Origin: Octopus bimaculoides
Taxonomy: Eukaryota
DNA: 63,640 nucleotides
Direction of reading: 5' to 3'
Assembly (NCBI RefSeq): GCF_001194135.2
Contig: NC_068999.1
Coordinates: forward strand, 52,047,590 to 52,111,229
A model generated the notes under the pieces. It had not been told where the DNA came from and made no database searches. It saw only the letters and a list, made by a program, of their open reading frames with translations. The first letter of the stretch is position 1; each line of letters begins with the position of its first letter. Below, in pieces: positions 48,971-62,445 of this stretch. The position numbers and the translations under genes were made by a program.

Positions 48971-51900
48971 AAGCACATCACAGCAAACAGTCACAACACT
49001 AACATAAACAAACATTTCATGACAGAAATCAGCTGTCCACGTCATAACAACATAAACGAATCTGATCTGTTACAACACAATACAAAGAGACAACTTACTC
49101 CACTGTGATACAGGTTCATTGCCATTTTTTGTAATATTCCAAAGAAAAACAGCATTGATCTTGGTCATTATTTGAGGTTTGTTTTGTAAATGGATTGCTA
49201 GCTCTTTGAAAAGAGTGTCACTCTTCAAATTGGTTACATTAATCTGGCAGAGATTAAACAAACAAGGAAATTGTCTTTCAACAGGTATAGCAATTAAAAG
49301 ATTTAGAAAATAACAAATTAAAACAGAGTAGCATGTAAGTTTGTATGAGTGTATATCAGAGTTATGCCATCTGGGGTGTCAAAATAAGCATGCTTACAAA
49401 GACTACAATTGCAAACATTAATTAATTAAAAAGTATAAAAAGTATGACCATGTCATATGTGTGTGTGTATACAGACACAATTACAAAACAAGATAGAGAA
49501 AATAGTACTCGAATACCAAAGGTAGAGTAAAATACAGTATTCTATTTAAACTGAAAAAACTTCACAAATGTTATTTAGAGATCATCAGTTAGAAATGAAT
49601 TGAGCATAAAATTCAAAGAACAAAGGAACAAGCGGAGGGCAAGCAGGTTCATCCATCCGTACTTACATACATGTATACATATAAGTATGGATGGATGGAT
49701 GGACCTACCTGCCCTTTGCTTGTTCCTTTGTTCTTTGAATTTTACCCACAATTCACTTCTGTCTAGTGATCAGTGTACCGACCAAAAAATGTGCAATTAC
49801 CTCTCCCGTCTCAAATAATAACAATCACCAATTACCTCCCATTAGATTTTTCTACATGCTGGTTCATTTAGAAACAAACTCTCATACAAGCAACATGGGC
49901 TAAAAACTCCATAAGATAATACAAAATTGCAATATTTTCACTAATTTCAATGTCAGACTATCATAATATTCTATCCTTTAAAATATATTAAAAATATATA
50001 AATTGTGTGCATTTTCCTTCTTTAGTTATATATAAATGTAAGTTCATAAGTATTTATATGCCATAGCAAGAAGAATCTGCTCTTTTGAGATTGACTCTTC
50101 ATCTATGAAAGCAAAAGATAATTTTTTTCTCATTTTTGCCTGATAGAAATTATTTCTTTTTATCAAACAAAAGTCAGTCTCAAACAGGAGTTGCCTCTTC
50201 TCTCCTAAAGCATACAAACTTATCTAAGCTCATGAACTTTTTGCCAATGCAGACCACAATAATTTTAGATTGAAAGTTAAACATAGAGATTTGTTTCCTA
50301 AAAACCCAAAACTTTTACATCAATGGTCTCTATCTCCTCTGTTCTATACAACAAGTGCAGAAACCATCTAAGTATTGACAAAGATATATCATACAAAGGT
50401 TCAATAAACAAAGATTGAGCCACCAAAGAACATCATGCCAGACTTGGCAGTTAGAAATTTCCTCATACAAGACAATGTCCCACAAAGCATTTGCAAAAAT
50501 TGTACTGATACCAACATCTGAGATATTTGAATGATCTATTAAGAAAATTCACTCCATAGATATTAAAATCTGCCAAAGAGAAGCTTCCACAGAAACAGTG
50601 ATATTACTCAGAAGAAAAGAGGGAGGAAGAGTTTTAAGATCTGTCCAGACAGCCTACAAGTTTTGTATGGTATCAGACAGAATCTGCTAAATAACAACAG
50701 AAATTTAAGCATTTAAGCATTCAGATTATTCTATCAAGTGTAATGCTTATTTATTCACAGTTTTTTGCGTTAATCATACATTATCTTGTAGCTCTGAGAT
50801 TTTGATAATGTAATTGTATATTTTTAGAATGATATTGTAGGATAGATGTAAGAGGCCAGATCTGGTCAGTCTAAACATAAAACAGGTAAAATATTTGGGC
50901 TTGATATGGCCGGTTTGAATGCTAAAGGGTTAAACACAACCCAATTTTAACAGTGCATATTCAGAAAAAAATTTTAGTGCATTAAAGCTTATGAGAAACA
51001 CAAATTTACATATGAAACCTGGAGTGATTTTTTGAGAGCTTAAAAGCAAAGATAACGTTCTATGGGTCAGAATAAACGCCTCAAGAACTCTTCACTTCCT
51101 TATGACATATATGACCCTGAAATTGCTGAACTACAGTACCTAAACAAAGACCTAGAAGAGAGACATAACCAAAAAGATTATGCATGGGTATGCATCCCAT
51201 AAACTTGAGGACGATAATAACATTAACATGAATTGTAGTCTCTTTGATTCATGAACATTAACATCACATTCAGACATTATGCTTTTACAATCCAGGAGCT
51301 TGAGATAACTACAAAATACTTAGTAAGTAAGAGACTATAAAGTCCTTAAACTCACCATGATAATACCCAAAATGTTAATTGTCCCATTTCTGTAGAATAT
51401 ATTACACATGCTATCAGTAGCTGCTCAAAAACATCATTATTAAAGTACTACCTTCCAATTGCTAAAACAATTTACAATATCATCCATAGAAAAGGCAGCC
51501 TTACTATAAATATAAACAATACTTCTTTTATAGATATATTCCTAACAAAATTTCTGCTAAGTGCAAATATAATAGGCCTGATGTAGTTGATTAGGACAGG
51601 AATGAAAAATTATACAGTTATAGTGGCCAACTACCCTGCAAGCGTGAATGTCGACCTCAGCATGAATTTGAACTCAGAATGTAATGACAGACGAAATATC
51701 GCAGAGCATTTCGCCGGGCGTGCTAATGCTTCCGCCAGCTCGCAAATGTTTTTGAGCAGCTACTGATAGCATGTGTAATATCTTCTACAGAAATGGGTCA
51801 ATTAACATTTTGGGTAATATTATGGTGGGTTTAAGGGCTTCATAGTCTCTTATTCACTAAGTATTTTGTAGTTATCACAAGCTCCTGGATTGTAAAACTT

Positions 51901-52201
51901 AACATCTGAATATGATGTAATGTTCATGAATCAAACGTGAAAATATCTTACAAAATCAATGAGAATATTTATGAACAACTACTTTGAAAACTCCAGATTT
52001 TCTATACAGATTATAAATTCATATTTGTATACCTATAATTAATAGCAAACTTGGCTATGGTTAACAAGCAAGGGTTTTTATGCAAAGAACATTTCAAATA
52101 AAAACTCTAAGTGGAACAGAAGAAATACACAAAACTTTTCTACAGACCAGCTCTTTTCTTAAAGAATTCAAATAATTAAAAATAAGAGATAATGCATATG
52201 C

Positions 52202-52232
<31 letters not shown>

Positions 52233-55200
52233 AGATAACTTGGCTCATGTTCTAGAAATTCTAATGGAAGAGCCTTGTTTCTGGACAAGGAACTAACTTT
52301 CTATCTCTAAGTGAGGAATTTGAAAATTAAAGTCATAAGTGCATACATATGTTTATATATAATGTACATATGTACTCACATAAACATGAACACAATTACA
52401 TATATGCAGGTTACAAAGTAAGAGTGTTAAACAGTGATATGTATAAATACCATATTACTACCAGTTCAAATATGCTTGTGGCATGTTTGGACTAGTAAAC
52501 AAGCCATTCACCCCATGACAAAACACAGTGAATGGCCTGTTTATTAGTCCAAATGTGCCACAAGAATATTTGAACTGGTAGTAATATAACATATATGCAT
52601 GTGTATGCATAGACACACATACAAGCAGCAACAATCATGTAAAATATGTTTTGGGAATCAAATCAATATAACAACAACAAATATAAAGGGAGAAAATAAC
52701 ATCACTTACCTGTTGTTTTTCAGTAGTTACTCCTGTGTCAGGAAAAGAATGGACATTTATAAAACCACCAGTTATACACATTTTCCCAGTTTCCACAATC
52801 TGAAATAGTCAAATAATAAAATATTAAATATCAGGTTGAAAACAGACAGAAGAAAAGACAAAGACAGAAGATGGACATCATTTATCAAAAAGAGGTCATG
52901 ATTTTCAAGACATCAGATATTTGAGAAGCATCTCTCCCTTTAGATAGATGGTTCATGCATTGTAGATTTTTTTCATGAGTGGGTATGGTCTGGGCATTGT
53001 AAATTCGTTTTATCACCTGATTTTGTAGTTAATAGTCCATCTACTTAACTTGACATCACTGTAGTTCTTTGTGTATAGTTAAACCTTCTGGAAAAACTCA
53101 CCGAGCATTGGAAATGAACACCAGAATCAACTTTCCACATTTCTGTTCGCAGAGTTTGCCCTGGTACAAATGGTTTAGAAAACCGTGACTGAAAGAAGAA
53201 AAGACACAGGTGGCAGATTATTTTAAATGAAAGAGTATGTTAGGATTTTAACGGTAATGTAGAATAACACAACAGAAATGTGATTAGCTTATTTTAGCTG
53301 AGTATGGAATACAGGGGCAGATATATTACCACAAAAAATAGTTGAACACAGTTGCTAATATTGGACAAAATCAGTGTGGGACAAATAGAGTGCTACTAAG
53401 CTACATTTCAACAAATTACAGTGGGGCAAATGTTATGATATTTAAAGACAGCTACAGACAGACATAGGCAATGCTACAAAGCTGAGAAGGTAGTATTGCT
53501 ACCAGATTACTATGGTACAAACTACAGTGAAACAATGTTGAGGCTAAACACAACAGCAATATGAAAATACTTCAGAGCATCTAAACTATAAGTTATGTTG
53601 AGTTGTAATGGCACAAAGACAGCAGTACAAAATTAGAGATATTAAGCAATGAAGTAAAAGGTACAAAGCTGTACTGCTTGCACAAAGCTGTGATGATTGT
53701 ACAGTGTTGTATTAACTGTAATAGTATAAATCTATACAGAAACCAAGATACAATGATAGAAAACAGTAACGATACAAAATCCAGTGGTACTAAACAACAA
53801 TGATACAAAGTTATAGTAGTACAAAACTATAGTTTGATAATGAAAACATATGTTAAGCCAATCTTTGACCACAGTTTACTTCTTGTTCATTATATGAGGC
53901 TTGTTTTGCAAATGAATTGCTAAATCCTACAACGGAGCTATACAGCAGTTTTTCATTACAGGACAAAACAACAATATTATATTAACTTACACATAAAACC
54001 AGAAGTGCTGCAATTCAAGACTGTTGAAAGATCAAATCATGCTAAAAGAATGCTGTGTTTCTCATGGCTTAGGCTATTTAAAATGTTTAGTCACAGGAAG
54101 AAGAGCAGCACTCATGATATTTGTAGGATCATCAAGACCAAAGGTTCTCAATGGGGGCCATTTGGAGAAGGGGGAGTGTTTTGGAGCAAAGAGGCACTAG
54201 GGGTGGGCGTTAAGAGACTTGGGGGGCACTGGAAGACCCTCAACTTTGGTAAGTTTAATTTGAAATTAATGAGTAGTAGCCATATTTTCACATCTCTGCA
54301 ACAGTCAGTTTAAAAAATCATGTCTTTTTGTTTCAAATTTTCAGAAACTTGAAAAACACTTTTTCCACTGAAAATTCCTGGTACCATGTGTAACTGGTGT
54401 AGCGCAAGTGAAACCCCCAAAACAAAGAGATGAAAAGTGACAGACAACTAAAAGACAAAAAAAATGAATAAAAGCGAAAAGCTGATAGAATGTGTGTGTT
54501 TGTGTGCAAATATATAAAGAATGGCGATCAAAATTTTGGAAAAATCTTGGCTTTTGGGAATGGCTGATACGTATGTATCTGTGTATGTGTATGTATGTAT
54601 GTATGAGTATGTTTGTATATATATGATTGTGTGTGTTGCCATTTTGAATTCCTTTCTGCAACTGAACTTAAATTGAGCCCTGGCTATTAAAGACCCAACC
54701 ACACACACGCACACACATTTGTTTTAGGTTTTGTACCCATTTGAACTGCAACCATACACAAGATAATGTGGTAAGTCTTATGCTCTGAAATTTAAATTCT
54801 GAAATTGTTTCAAGTTATAAAATTACACCTCAACTGGAAACACATCTTTTGGCTTTTGGTAAACAGAACCCTTTCTTTCTCTTTCTATAATTTTGTTAAG
54901 TTAGAATTTCTCTGTTTTGGTCAGGATTTTCCAATTTCCTGTATCAAGCAATGGACGGAAGCATTTACAAAAAATTAGTTTCATAGAGCCAAACAAAATC
55001 AAAAAAATTAATTTTAATCGTAGTAATGGAGAGAAGTAAGCATTCTCCCTTTCCTTAATACTAACAAGAGCATAGTATGATGGAGATTAGGCTTTATTTC
55101 TAGCAAATTGAACAACCATAGAGAGAGTACCTCATTGGCTCATTTGTTAATGTGTATAAGTAAACAAAAACTGAAGGAAAAACAGACATTAGCAAACACA

Positions 55201-58200
55201 CACACACACACACACACATATATAAAATTTAAATCTCAACCTAACATAAATAAGAATAAAATAAATAGATAAATATTATCGATCAAACTGCAGTAATTTT
55301 TTTATCGTTAAGGGGAGACAACTAGTACATGAGATGCATGCTAATGGAATTACCTACAAAAAAATAATGCTGAATCTTACATCCTAGATAACCAGTAAAA
55401 TTCCAAGTGGTGGTAATAATGGACAAACAAGTAAATGTATACACATTCCTAAGTAAATTCTGCCCCATAGGTACACGAAAGGGCAAAAGCACAAAGCCAG
55501 TCTTCTCCCCTGCACCTTTTATTTACTGGTTTGTTTTCTTCTTTATTTACATATCCCCTGTAACGGTCTTAACTTTTGCCCTTGGTTCAAATATAATTGA
55601 CCAATTATCGAGATGGATAGACTTTGGTCAACTCCATTGCAGACAACAAGTGGTGATCTCTACAATATTTCAGTAAGTACATTATAAGAACCCTACAGTT
55701 TTGATTTTGAGTGGTTGGCGTTAGGAAGGGCATCCAGCTGTAGAAACTCTGCCAAATCAGATTGGAGCCTGGTGTAGCCATCCGGTTCACCAGTCCTCAG
55801 TCAAATCGTCCAACCCATGCTAGCATGGAAAGTGGACGTTAAACGATGATGATGATGATGATGATTAACTAGCCCTATTTACGATAAGTACTATTCTTTT
55901 TCTAGACATATTGGTAATTCTTGTCTTATTTTAGTACTAACTTCATTTGACTACTATTCAAACACCCTGGTTACCCCTTTATATGGAAATAACCTGTGAA
56001 TATTTCCATAGGCCACTGCTAGTTCACTCTTTTGCCTATCAACTTCAAGCTCCATACTCCGTCATCGAAAACCTAGGNNNNNNNNNNNNNNNNNNNNNNN
56101 NNNNNNNNNNNNNNNNNNNNNNNNNNNNNNNNNNNNNNNNNNNNNNNNNNNNNNNNNNNNNNNNNNNNNNNNNNNNNNNNNNNNNNNNNNNNNNNNNNNN
56201 NNNNNNNNNNNNNNNNNNNNNNNNNNNNNNNNNNNNNNNNNNNNNNNNNNNNNNNNNNNNNNNNNNNNNNNNNNNNNNNNNNNNNNNNNNNNNNNNNNNN
56301 NNNNNNNNNNNNNNNNNNNNNNNNNNNNNNNNNNNNNNNNNNNNNNNNNNNNNNNNNNNNNNNNNNNNNNNNNNNNNNNNNNNNNNNNNNNNNNNNNNNN
56401 NNNNNNNNNNNNNNNNNNNNNNNNNNNNNNNNNNNNNNNNNNNNNNNNNNNNNNNNNNNNNNNNNNNNNNNNNNNNNNNNNNNNNNNNNNNNNNNNNNNN
56501 NNNNNNNNNNNNNNNNNNNNNNNNNNNNNNNNNNNNNNNNNNNNNNNNNNNNNNNNNNNNNNNNNNNNNAAAAAAAAAAAAAGAAGAACATGATGGTACA
56601 ACCTTACACAGGGTACAACCCTACACAGGATACAACCCTACACAGGGTACAGCCTTACATAGGGTACAATCTTATAGTTAACACCATTCGCTACAACAAG
56701 AGTTTATTATTAGCTAAAAATAGATAGCTTTTCGATTTTTAAACATCTGTAACATTTTCCGTCAAATACCAACCTCCACAATTTGCTACTCATATGAAGT
56801 ACATATGTATTTCAACAATTCTATCAAATACACTCTCTTTCTTGAACATAAAAAATCCTTTTCCCAGATGACAATAATTTATATGTCAGATTGTTGCACA
56901 AGTTCTAGGTGTTTTGATAAGGGAAATTGGAAAGGTTTGAAATGATTTCATAGGCATTTACTTGTACCTAAGAGCACTCTTTCGATAACAACACGTTGAT
57001 CTTATGTGGCGTGGTGGAAATAAACGCAATTACCAAACTTTCGTTCATAAAACCATTTATTATTTTGTTTTTTTTTCTTTTGCATTCCATTTAGTACACT
57101 TGTACTCCCAATTGCGTACAAGCGCACATGTAAAGTGACGTCCTTTATTTTTTAATCTTTATTTGCTGATATCAAAATAAGTAGTATATTGAAAAATAAA
57201 AATATTTTGTAGGAGGGCCATTTGTGACTCCAAGGGTCAAAAGAGGGCGTTTGGCCCAAATGGGTTGAGAACCTTTGATCTAGACTCATTAAAGCAATAC
57301 AGTTGATGTTCAGCTTCAACATTTTTACAGCTGATGGAGTGAGTTGCGGGAAGGAGGATGAGCAGGGAAAGAATTCCAAAGGAATGCAGTTTCTGCAGGC
57401 AAAGGTAAGGGAGATTACTCAGCTGGTACAATATTAAAAAAAAAAATACTGTAAAAATTATTCTTTTTACATTAACACAAGGAGAGGAAATGAGATTGCA
57501 GGATACTCATGCTACTGAAAAGGCATGACTGACATAAATGATGGACAATTTTTACAATGAAGAACCAGAAAACAGGTGTTTATCTCTACCTCATTGCATT
57601 TACCACAGTAATTTGTAAAATATAGTATACTAAAGAATCTATATTATACTAAAGAATCTGTTTAAAGAAAGTGAGGAAAACGGGTATGAATTGTCAAAAG
57701 AAAAAGCCAGATTACTCGAAAATACTGTTCTTTGGGAAAAGACATGAAAATCAAAATAAAAATAAGATTTGTCAACTTACTTTCATGCTTTTTATAAGAC
57801 TGGCATCATTATTAAGAAACTTTTTCATAACATGGCGCATTGCAAAACCATAAATGCAGAGACCGTGAAGTGGGGGTTTCTCTTGACCTGTTCATAAGAT
57901 TAGAAATAATGGAAAGATATAATTTTGATATAATTTTGATATCAAACAATATTTTTCTGTAGAAGTGTATCATACATCTTACACATACCTGTATGCTCTG
58001 CCTTTTATTTAGAAGTTCTTTACTGTGAACACTAATGTAAGTTTTTTGAATAATCTCAACATATTTTGAATCCTAACCACTATTCTATCAAAAGCTCAGT
58101 CTGCATATTGAGAAGTAGGATATGAATTTTGCTAATCTAATGTAAATGCTAATTTATCAAATAATGATTTAGCATCTAAAATTTTTATCTTATATTGGTT

Positions 58201-61200
58201 TCAAATTTTGTCACAAGGCCAGCAATTTAAGGGAGGGAGTAAGTCAAATACATTGACCCCAGTATTCATTGGTACTTATTTTATCGACCCCAAAAGGATG
58301 AAAGGTAAAGCCGACCTCAGCAGAATTTGAACTCATAACATGACGAAATGCCACTAAGCATCTTACCCAGTGTGCTAACGATTCTCCCAGTTCAACGCTT
58401 TAATTTTATCTAATATTGAATCACTAAGTTAAATATAACTGAAATTTACAGGAAAATGGCCGGATAAATAACATCAATGATATGAAATATAACAGTCTAA
58501 AAAGTTACACTTACCTACCATCTTGGCAAAATTGGGATCAATGTGTAAAGGGTTGTAATCTCCACACAAACGGTAAAAGGCAGCCTAAAATTAAAACCAA
58601 ATTCAGGATGAAATAAAATATGTAAAATATTGAAGATTTTATGAAGTACAGTTGAGTAGTGGTTCTCAACTGGAGTCTATATAAGATTTTGTTTTTAAAA
58701 TTTATGTGCAATAAATTGGTTATACTTCTACAATACACAAAATATTTTAATTTTTTTGCTACACAATTCCTAATGATATTTAATTATAAAAATATATGAT
58801 TTTTTTTTTTTTGACATCGGATGACTAGGAGGGTACGTCCAAGTAAAATAGGAATGAAAGGGGTTCATAGGTAAAAAATGGATGAAAAACATTGTAGTAG
58901 GGTGTATGAAGTGTAGTGAAATGTATGGTATGTATTGTTTAAAGAATGCAGTCAGATGTATTATGTAAAGATGGGTGTGCTATGTAAAATTAAGCAACTA
59001 CACATAACACCTACACAGGAAAAGATATTAAAATCATGACATAATCAACACTGTTTGCTAAAAAAAAAAGGGTGAGGAGAACATGGAAATTACTCACCTG
59101 GTCAAGTAATGTGTTTTCTTCAATTACAGCATGAGGTTGTGTTGAAGGAGGTTTTGATAGGGCTTTAATAAATGATGAATCTTTTGGTCCTCCAAATCCT
59201 CCAGAACCAATTTGGAAAATACTGAACTGATTAAAGGCAACCTTTTCTTGAGCTTCATTGAAAGACTCCACTGAAATTATTTAAAAAATTTGTGTCTGTC
59301 ATGTCACATAGTCAAAACTGCATCAAAAAGGTCCAGTTACTACTTCAGGTCAAACAAAATGTTTGTATCATAAATGGCTGCTTAACCTTTAATAAATACA
59401 CATACACCCAACAATGGAGTATTTATTGCTCGTACAGTTGGTTAAGTGTAGTCATCACACAATGCACTTGAAAGGCAAAGCAACACTCACTCCATATCCA
59501 AGAAAAAGTTGTTCACTTTACAGACAAAGTCAGATGACCCTTGTAAGCTCTCCAAGACTGGTGAAGTTGGTACTATTAACATACTGCTTAACAGTTGCCA
59601 ATTGACAGCTGCGGGAAATACTTAAACAAAGAGGGATTCCAAAGGCTAATATTTTGGAGAGAATATCAGCCTTTTGGACATCATGGTTAATTTGGGGCTT
59701 GGATAGAAGTAGGGTGGAACAACATGGCTAGTGACAGGAGGAAAGATATAAAAATCAGAAATGCTTGAGTGGAAGTAGCATGAAATCAGCTAGCTCCAAG
59801 AAACAGAGGCCATTACAGTAGGACCAGAAAAGCAGAGAGAGAAAACAGCACACAGTGGGCCAGAGATTGAATCATGTTTGTGATTGGCTTGATGCCAATA
59901 AGTCAAGATGATGTTCTCGGGATATGGTCAAAGTGTTTGTGTGTGCAGTGACAGTAACATCCTAATTGTGGAAGCAATACTTCATTGTGGTTTTCACTTG
60001 AGGATTTATAAAGTGTGAGCATTTTCTGGCCCTGCTCCTTAGGGCCAATCTTTGGTGTCTGGTCCTAGGTATGTTAAGAATGTGCTTCTTCTTGGATATG
60101 GAGTGAGTGTTGCTTTGCCTTTCAAGTGCATAGTGTGATGACTGCACTTAACCAACTGTATGAGCAATAAGGCGGTAAATGGCAGGAACATTAGCACGCT
60201 GGGCGAAATGCTTAGCGGTATTTCATCTGCTGCTACGTTCTGAGTTCAAATTCCGCCGAGGTCGACTTTGCCCTTCATACTTTCGGGGTCGATTAAATAA
60301 GTACCAGTTATGCACTGGGGTCGATATAATTGACTTAATCCGTTTGTCTGTCCTTGTATGTCCCCTCTGTGTGTAGCCCCTTGTGGGCAGTAAAGAAATA
60401 AGAATGTGCTTCTTCTCAGTCTCGTCATGTGTTACATTGGAATGTTCAAAAGGGTTCAAGTTGCATGTTGCTCATGTTTAAAGGTGAGGTGGGGTGTTGT
60501 GATGCTTTCTTGATATGAGCAATACTCCTGTCTTTTGCTGGGTTTTTGTTATTGAAAGAGACAAACTGACACATCTCCATTGAAGGAAGCTTTTAATGTC
60601 TCTGTTCATGGAATCAGAACAGGTTTGGCATGGGGTGTCTAAACTACATGTGGGTGACACACTGTTGAAGATTAAAGAAGAATAAGAATAATAACTCTGC
60701 ATAAGAGTTAATGTTTTTAGACAATGTGGCAAGCAGATCAAGAGAGTTGGGGACAAAACGCAATCCTGGGCCACAGCAGAGTAGACAGAGTGAGAAACAG
60801 AAAAAAACAACCTTCAACCCATGCTACAATAGTGTAATCTGATAGGAAACTACCAATCCAGGAGATAGGAGATGGATGGAACCCATCAGAAGATAGTTTC
60901 CATGGAAGATTCACATGTCAGACACAGCTAAAAGCTTTGCTGATATTGCAAACAACAGCACTGCTTTCATAAAATTTTTTTAAGGTAAGAACCCAATGGT
61001 AGGAAACATCAGAAAGTAAGTCTCCAGTGGAGCTACCTTTATGGAAGGTGTACTCATGGTCATTGAGAGAGAGCGAGATTCGAAGTGTTGGGGAAAAATC
61101 ATTATTCATAGCAGTCATCATTACATTGAGATATTGGAAGTGAGTGTAATAGGACGATAAATGCCAGGAACAAAGAAGTTGTCTTTCTTGGGACTGGAAT

Positions 61201-62445
61201 ATACTGCAGAATGTTTCCAAAGAGCAGGTCATATCCCTGACGAGAGTGGGATGCTGAAGAGTTTGGTAAGTATAAGGTTTAGCTCTGGAGTACAATGTTT
61301 GCAATAGAGACCTTCTTTGTTTGAAGCTGTTTGGAATCAGTTTTGCACTTGGTATGTATATAAGGTAGTGCACCTGGTGAAATGGAAGGGAGATTTGCCA
61401 TGAGTGTGATACATGCAGTTGAATGCAAAGAGGGCAACAGAGCCAGAGACTTTCTAACAGAACCATCATTGCTGAGAAATGGAATAAAAGCAGATCTTAC
61501 AAAATTAGCAGAGATATTTTTGGCAAGGAACCAAAAGAATCAACTGCAGTATGAAAGGTGGGAAAGCATGAGGGGTGTCTGATGCACAAAGACATCTTTT
61601 GTGCAAGATGTGGTCTTGCAAGATGTGGTCTTGCAAGATTTATAGTCCTGGGTAAATGTTACCCAGTTTTATGGGGTAAGCAAGTTTCTTCAGGCATTGT
61701 AGGCCTTGTTTTTATTTTTTTTTGCCAAAACAGGGGCAATATAGTAATGAGTGAAGCACTTGGGTTACTTGTGAGACTGAGTTTTGTTGTGTATGAGATG
61801 TGGACAAGCATACCTAAAAGATTAGTTTCGGTTACCTGCCTTGCTATTTCAGATGAGTGAAGCATGAAACATGTGTGCTATATGTATATAAAACATATAA
61901 TTTTATAGTTGGCATAAAACTAGCGGAGTGTCAACCAATCAGCTGACTTGAAGTGCCATAGGATCCAGTTGGGTGTGTTGAGTAATGTGTGAATATATAT
62001 TGGATAGTTGCAATGAAGCTATGTTTGAATAACCTGAGAGGTGCAGAGACAGTTACAGTCTAGTAGAGGTTAAGCTTGGCTGTGAGAAATAGCTCAAAGG
62101 TATATGAAGTGCCCGGGTGTTGGTCTGGTATGCATGTAGGGGGTGAAAGAAGTTGATGTAGAGAGTTAAGGATTGCAAAAGATTCAGTTTCTGAGCTGGC
62201 ACAATCGGTATGGGATGAGAGTGAGTGTGTGTCACGAAGAGTTATGAACACTTATATCAATGTAAAGATATCAACTTATGCAAGAAGTAAACAGTACAAA
62301 CATGTAGTAAAAAAGACTCACCCTCAAAGAGAATGACAGCACCAGAACCTTTGTCCAGAATATCAACAACTCTGCCCACTGCAGTGATTTCACCACTTGC
62401 AGCCAATGGTTTGAACAACTCTGTATACTGTTCTCCATGAAGGAC
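43919..62445 (-). CDS. HSD17B4: Peroxisomal multifunctional enzyme type 2 (D-bifunctional protein), 3' nine exons: hydratase-2 and SCP2 domains; 5' partial
   Basis: complement join(62445-62322,59270-59098,58584-58515,57887-57781,53188-53102,52799-52710,49243-49099,47685-47555,44008-43919). All phases compatible. Motifs [55 protein letters not shown]. Confidence 0.93.
44985..46192 (+). mobile_element. 5'-truncated RTE-clade LINE: RT C-terminus, 3' UTR and (GAT)n tail
   Basis: [51 protein letters not shown], then the tail ccatccaacccattccagcatgga..gttaaatgatgatg. Shorter relatives at 33420-33725 and 34150-34470. Confidence 0.85.
45732..45857 (+). repeat. 42-bp tandem repeat x3 in the RTE 3' end
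   Basis: Unit aaagtggatgagtt..cttTcgag..tgggcctcacggaggc. Confidence 0.8.
47147..47348 (+). mobile_element. Mariner-derived MITE; right TIR cut by a SINE
   Basis: After TA: caagggggtgctggaaagttcctggcttt ... aaagccaggaactt. Interior resembles a mariner C-terminus (NKCVNLK.EYV). Confidence 0.6.
47555..47685 (-). CDS. HSD17B4: HSD17B4 SCP2 exon ([20 protein letters not shown])
   Basis: tttcag|, |gtgagt. Confidence 0.92.
49099..49243 (-). CDS. HSD17B4: HSD17B4 SCP2 exon ([26 protein letters not shown])
   Basis: tgccag|, |gtaagt. Confidence 0.92.
50705..50933. mobile_element. MITE with ttagcattc...gaatgctaaagggttaa termini, piggyBac-like
   Basis: Inverted termini; related fragments near 28730-28830 and 39620-39720. 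Confidence 0.5.
52452..52587. repeat. Inverted repeat, 60-bp arms, 16-nt spacer
   Basis: 52452-52511 versus 52528-52587, about 5 mismatches. Confidence 0.9.
52710..52799 (-). CDS. HSD17B4: HSD17B4 linker exon ([20 protein letters not shown])
   Basis: tttcag|, |gtaagt; resembles human VQETGDIVISNAYV. Confidence 0.88.
53102..53188 (-). CDS. HSD17B4: HSD17B4 exon ([23 protein letters not shown])
   Basis: tttcag|, |gtgagt. Confidence 0.92.
55706..55865 (+). mobile_element. RTE-tail retroposon, young-looking copy; relatives near 14340-14445(-), 20205-20380, 24100-24190, 25090-25330(-), 34540-34668, 44410-44570(-), 46750-46930(-)
   Basis: gagtggttggcgttaggaagggcatccagctgtagaaac...gacgttaaacgatgatgatg recurs many times. 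Confidence 0.8.
56596..56676. repeat. 17-bp minisatellite, about 5 units
   Basis: Unit gtacaaccctacacagg. Confidence 0.85.
57781..57887 (-). CDS. HSD17B4: HSD17B4 exon ([22 protein letters not shown])
   Basis: aacag|, |gtaagt. Confidence 0.92.
58515..58584 (-). CDS. HSD17B4: HSD17B4 exon carrying the hydratase-2 catalytic Asp/His motif ([23 protein letters not shown])
   Basis: ttttag|, |gtaagt. Confidence 0.93.
58657..58893. mobile_element. hAT/Charlie-like MITE; related ends at about 54139-54361 and 57207-57285
   Basis: agtggttctcaac-type terminus recurs at three places. Confidence 0.4.
59098..59270 (-). CDS. HSD17B4: HSD17B4 exon ([24 protein letters not shown])
   Basis: tttcag|, |gtgagt. 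Confidence 0.92.
59423..60170. repeat. 82-bp inverted repeat pair (59423-59504 and 60089-60170)
   Basis: 3 mismatches by eye. Confidence 0.9.
60171..60398 (+). mobile_element. tRNA-derived SINE family B, possibly Meta-domain type
   Basis: ggcggt..ttagcacgctgggcgaaatgc..gagttcaaattccgccgaggtcgactttgcc..tttcggggtcgat..aagtaccag. The Meta-domain assignment is recollection only. Confidence 0.8.
60420..61560 (-). mobile_element. Degraded CR1/L2-like LINE reverse transcriptase fragment
   Basis: [32 protein letters not shown] resembles QYGFR..RSTGDLL..ALDISKAFDRV; [13 protein letters not shown] resembles SGVPQGSVLSPTL; frameshifts present. Confidence 0.75.
62322..62445 (-). CDS. HSD17B4: HSD17B4 exon ([24 protein letters not shown])
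   Basis: tgtcag|, |gtgagt; hydratase-2 N-terminal half motif. Confidence 0.92.

Noticed and set aside
60918-61469. 183-aa ORF as a cellular gene
   Set aside because: A decayed LINE reverse transcriptase with damaged motifs and frameshifts.
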